From: Neoconidiobolus thromboides FSU 785
Lineage: Eukaryota; Fungi; Entomophthoromycota
DNA: 35,472 nt
Assembly (NCBI GenBank): GCA_025603075.1
Contig: MU626458.1
Location: forward strand, 1 to 35,472
Direction of reading: 5' to 3'
The notes under the pieces were generated by a model that did no database searches, was not told the DNA's origin, and saw only the letters and a program-made list of their open reading frames with translations. The position numbers and the translations under genes are program-made. Position 1 is the first letter of the stretch, and every line of letters begins with the position of its first letter. Positions 34,767 through 35,472 of the stretch are shown here, piece by piece.

Positions 34767-34858
34767 GGAAATGTTTTTTGATTTCATTATTTTCTCCATT
34801 TTTTAAGCACTATTTGAGTGAAGATTGTTAGTAAAATTCTTGAACAAAATACATCCCC
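34767..34858 (-). mobile_element. MITE copy
   Basis: GGAAATGT...ACATCCCC with flanks ATAT/ATAC. Confidence 0.92.
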
Positions 34859-34983
34859 ATACATTATTTTTGACTCAAAAAAATAATTTAATTTAGTTAC
34901 TTTTTTTATATCGTAATTCATCAATAAAGTTACTGTTAATATCTGATAATTGAAACAGATAAGAGGTTTTTAAATAAATATGT

Positions 34984-35472
34984 GGGGTTGTCTGATTAGT
35001 TTCATTATTTTATCCAATTTTTGAAAAATTTTGTGTTTTAAAAACTTCGCTTAAAATTCTATAAAATCAAATCTTTTATTAAAACAAAAGTACGCAGACA
35101 CAGTTCTAAATCATTCTATTATAGTTTATACTGTAATTTAGTTGAATTTCTACTAGATCTTAAATACATATTCTTATAAAACTTTATTGAGAAATATCTA
35201 TTATCGACTGCTTTATAACCAACATTGCAGATTTGTTATCAAATAAATAAACTATTTTAATGTTGTAATTACATTATTAATATATTGCCAAGTTAATAAA
35301 TAGCTGCATGGGAGGGAGTGGTCAGCCCAAAAACTATAATTAACCATCCCTATATAGTACAAGTAATAATAGTTTTTACATATTATTACAATTACTTGTT
35401 CTTTGACTATTTATTAACTTAGCTACCAATAACTTAAGTAATCTTAACATTTAACAATCTATTTCTATCATT
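34984..35472 (-). mobile_element. Right end of Sola2-like transposon (copy D; continues past the window end)
   Basis: TIR GGGGTTGTCTGATTAGTTTC at 34984. The reverse complement matches 1-283 and 11968-12545 with the MITE removed. Confidence 0.88.

Noticed and set aside
622-34858. Dispersed ~98-bp repeats as a CRISPR array or small-RNA gene family
   Set aside because: Eukaryotic context. The copies are scattered in both orientations, have TIRs and 4-bp TSDs, and show no repeat-spacer periodicity. A MITE explains them.

Overview
AT-rich eukaryotic (fungal) genomic DNA with short GT-AG introns. The gene content (divergent 7TM receptor family, F-box/LRR, membrane-anchored UGT, animal-type GDH) suggests an early-diverging fungus, possibly Entomophthorales/Conidiobolus-like (inference). 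Core genes lie in two blocks: 1.8-8.5 kb (Cys-rich GPI-type protein, SURF1, DOT1, mitochondrial GDH) and 26.5-33.3 kb (Nup96-only gene, ALKBH7, hypothetical protein, HMG-box protein, truncated SPF45). An accessory region between and after them holds three intact 7TM receptor genes, one receptor pseudogene, an F-box/LRR gene and a UGT pseudogene. The most striking structure is a DNA-transposon system readable from the sequence alone. A Sola2-like DDD transposon is present as five decayed or partial copies. A ~98-bp MITE family (13 full copies, 3 partial) shares its GGGG(A/T)TGT termini and usually has a 4-bp A(A/T)AT target duplication. The MITE has inserted into the transposase itself; removing it restores the reading frame, and an empty site is visible in a paralogous copy. 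Its single consensus CpG is mutated only by CpG-to-TpG/CpA transitions, a methylation-like signature. A separate long-TIR foldback element is at 26.0-26.3 kb. No rRNA, tRNA or CRISPR was recognised. All alignments and splice models were made by eye, and family names were assigned from remembered motifs rather than database searches.
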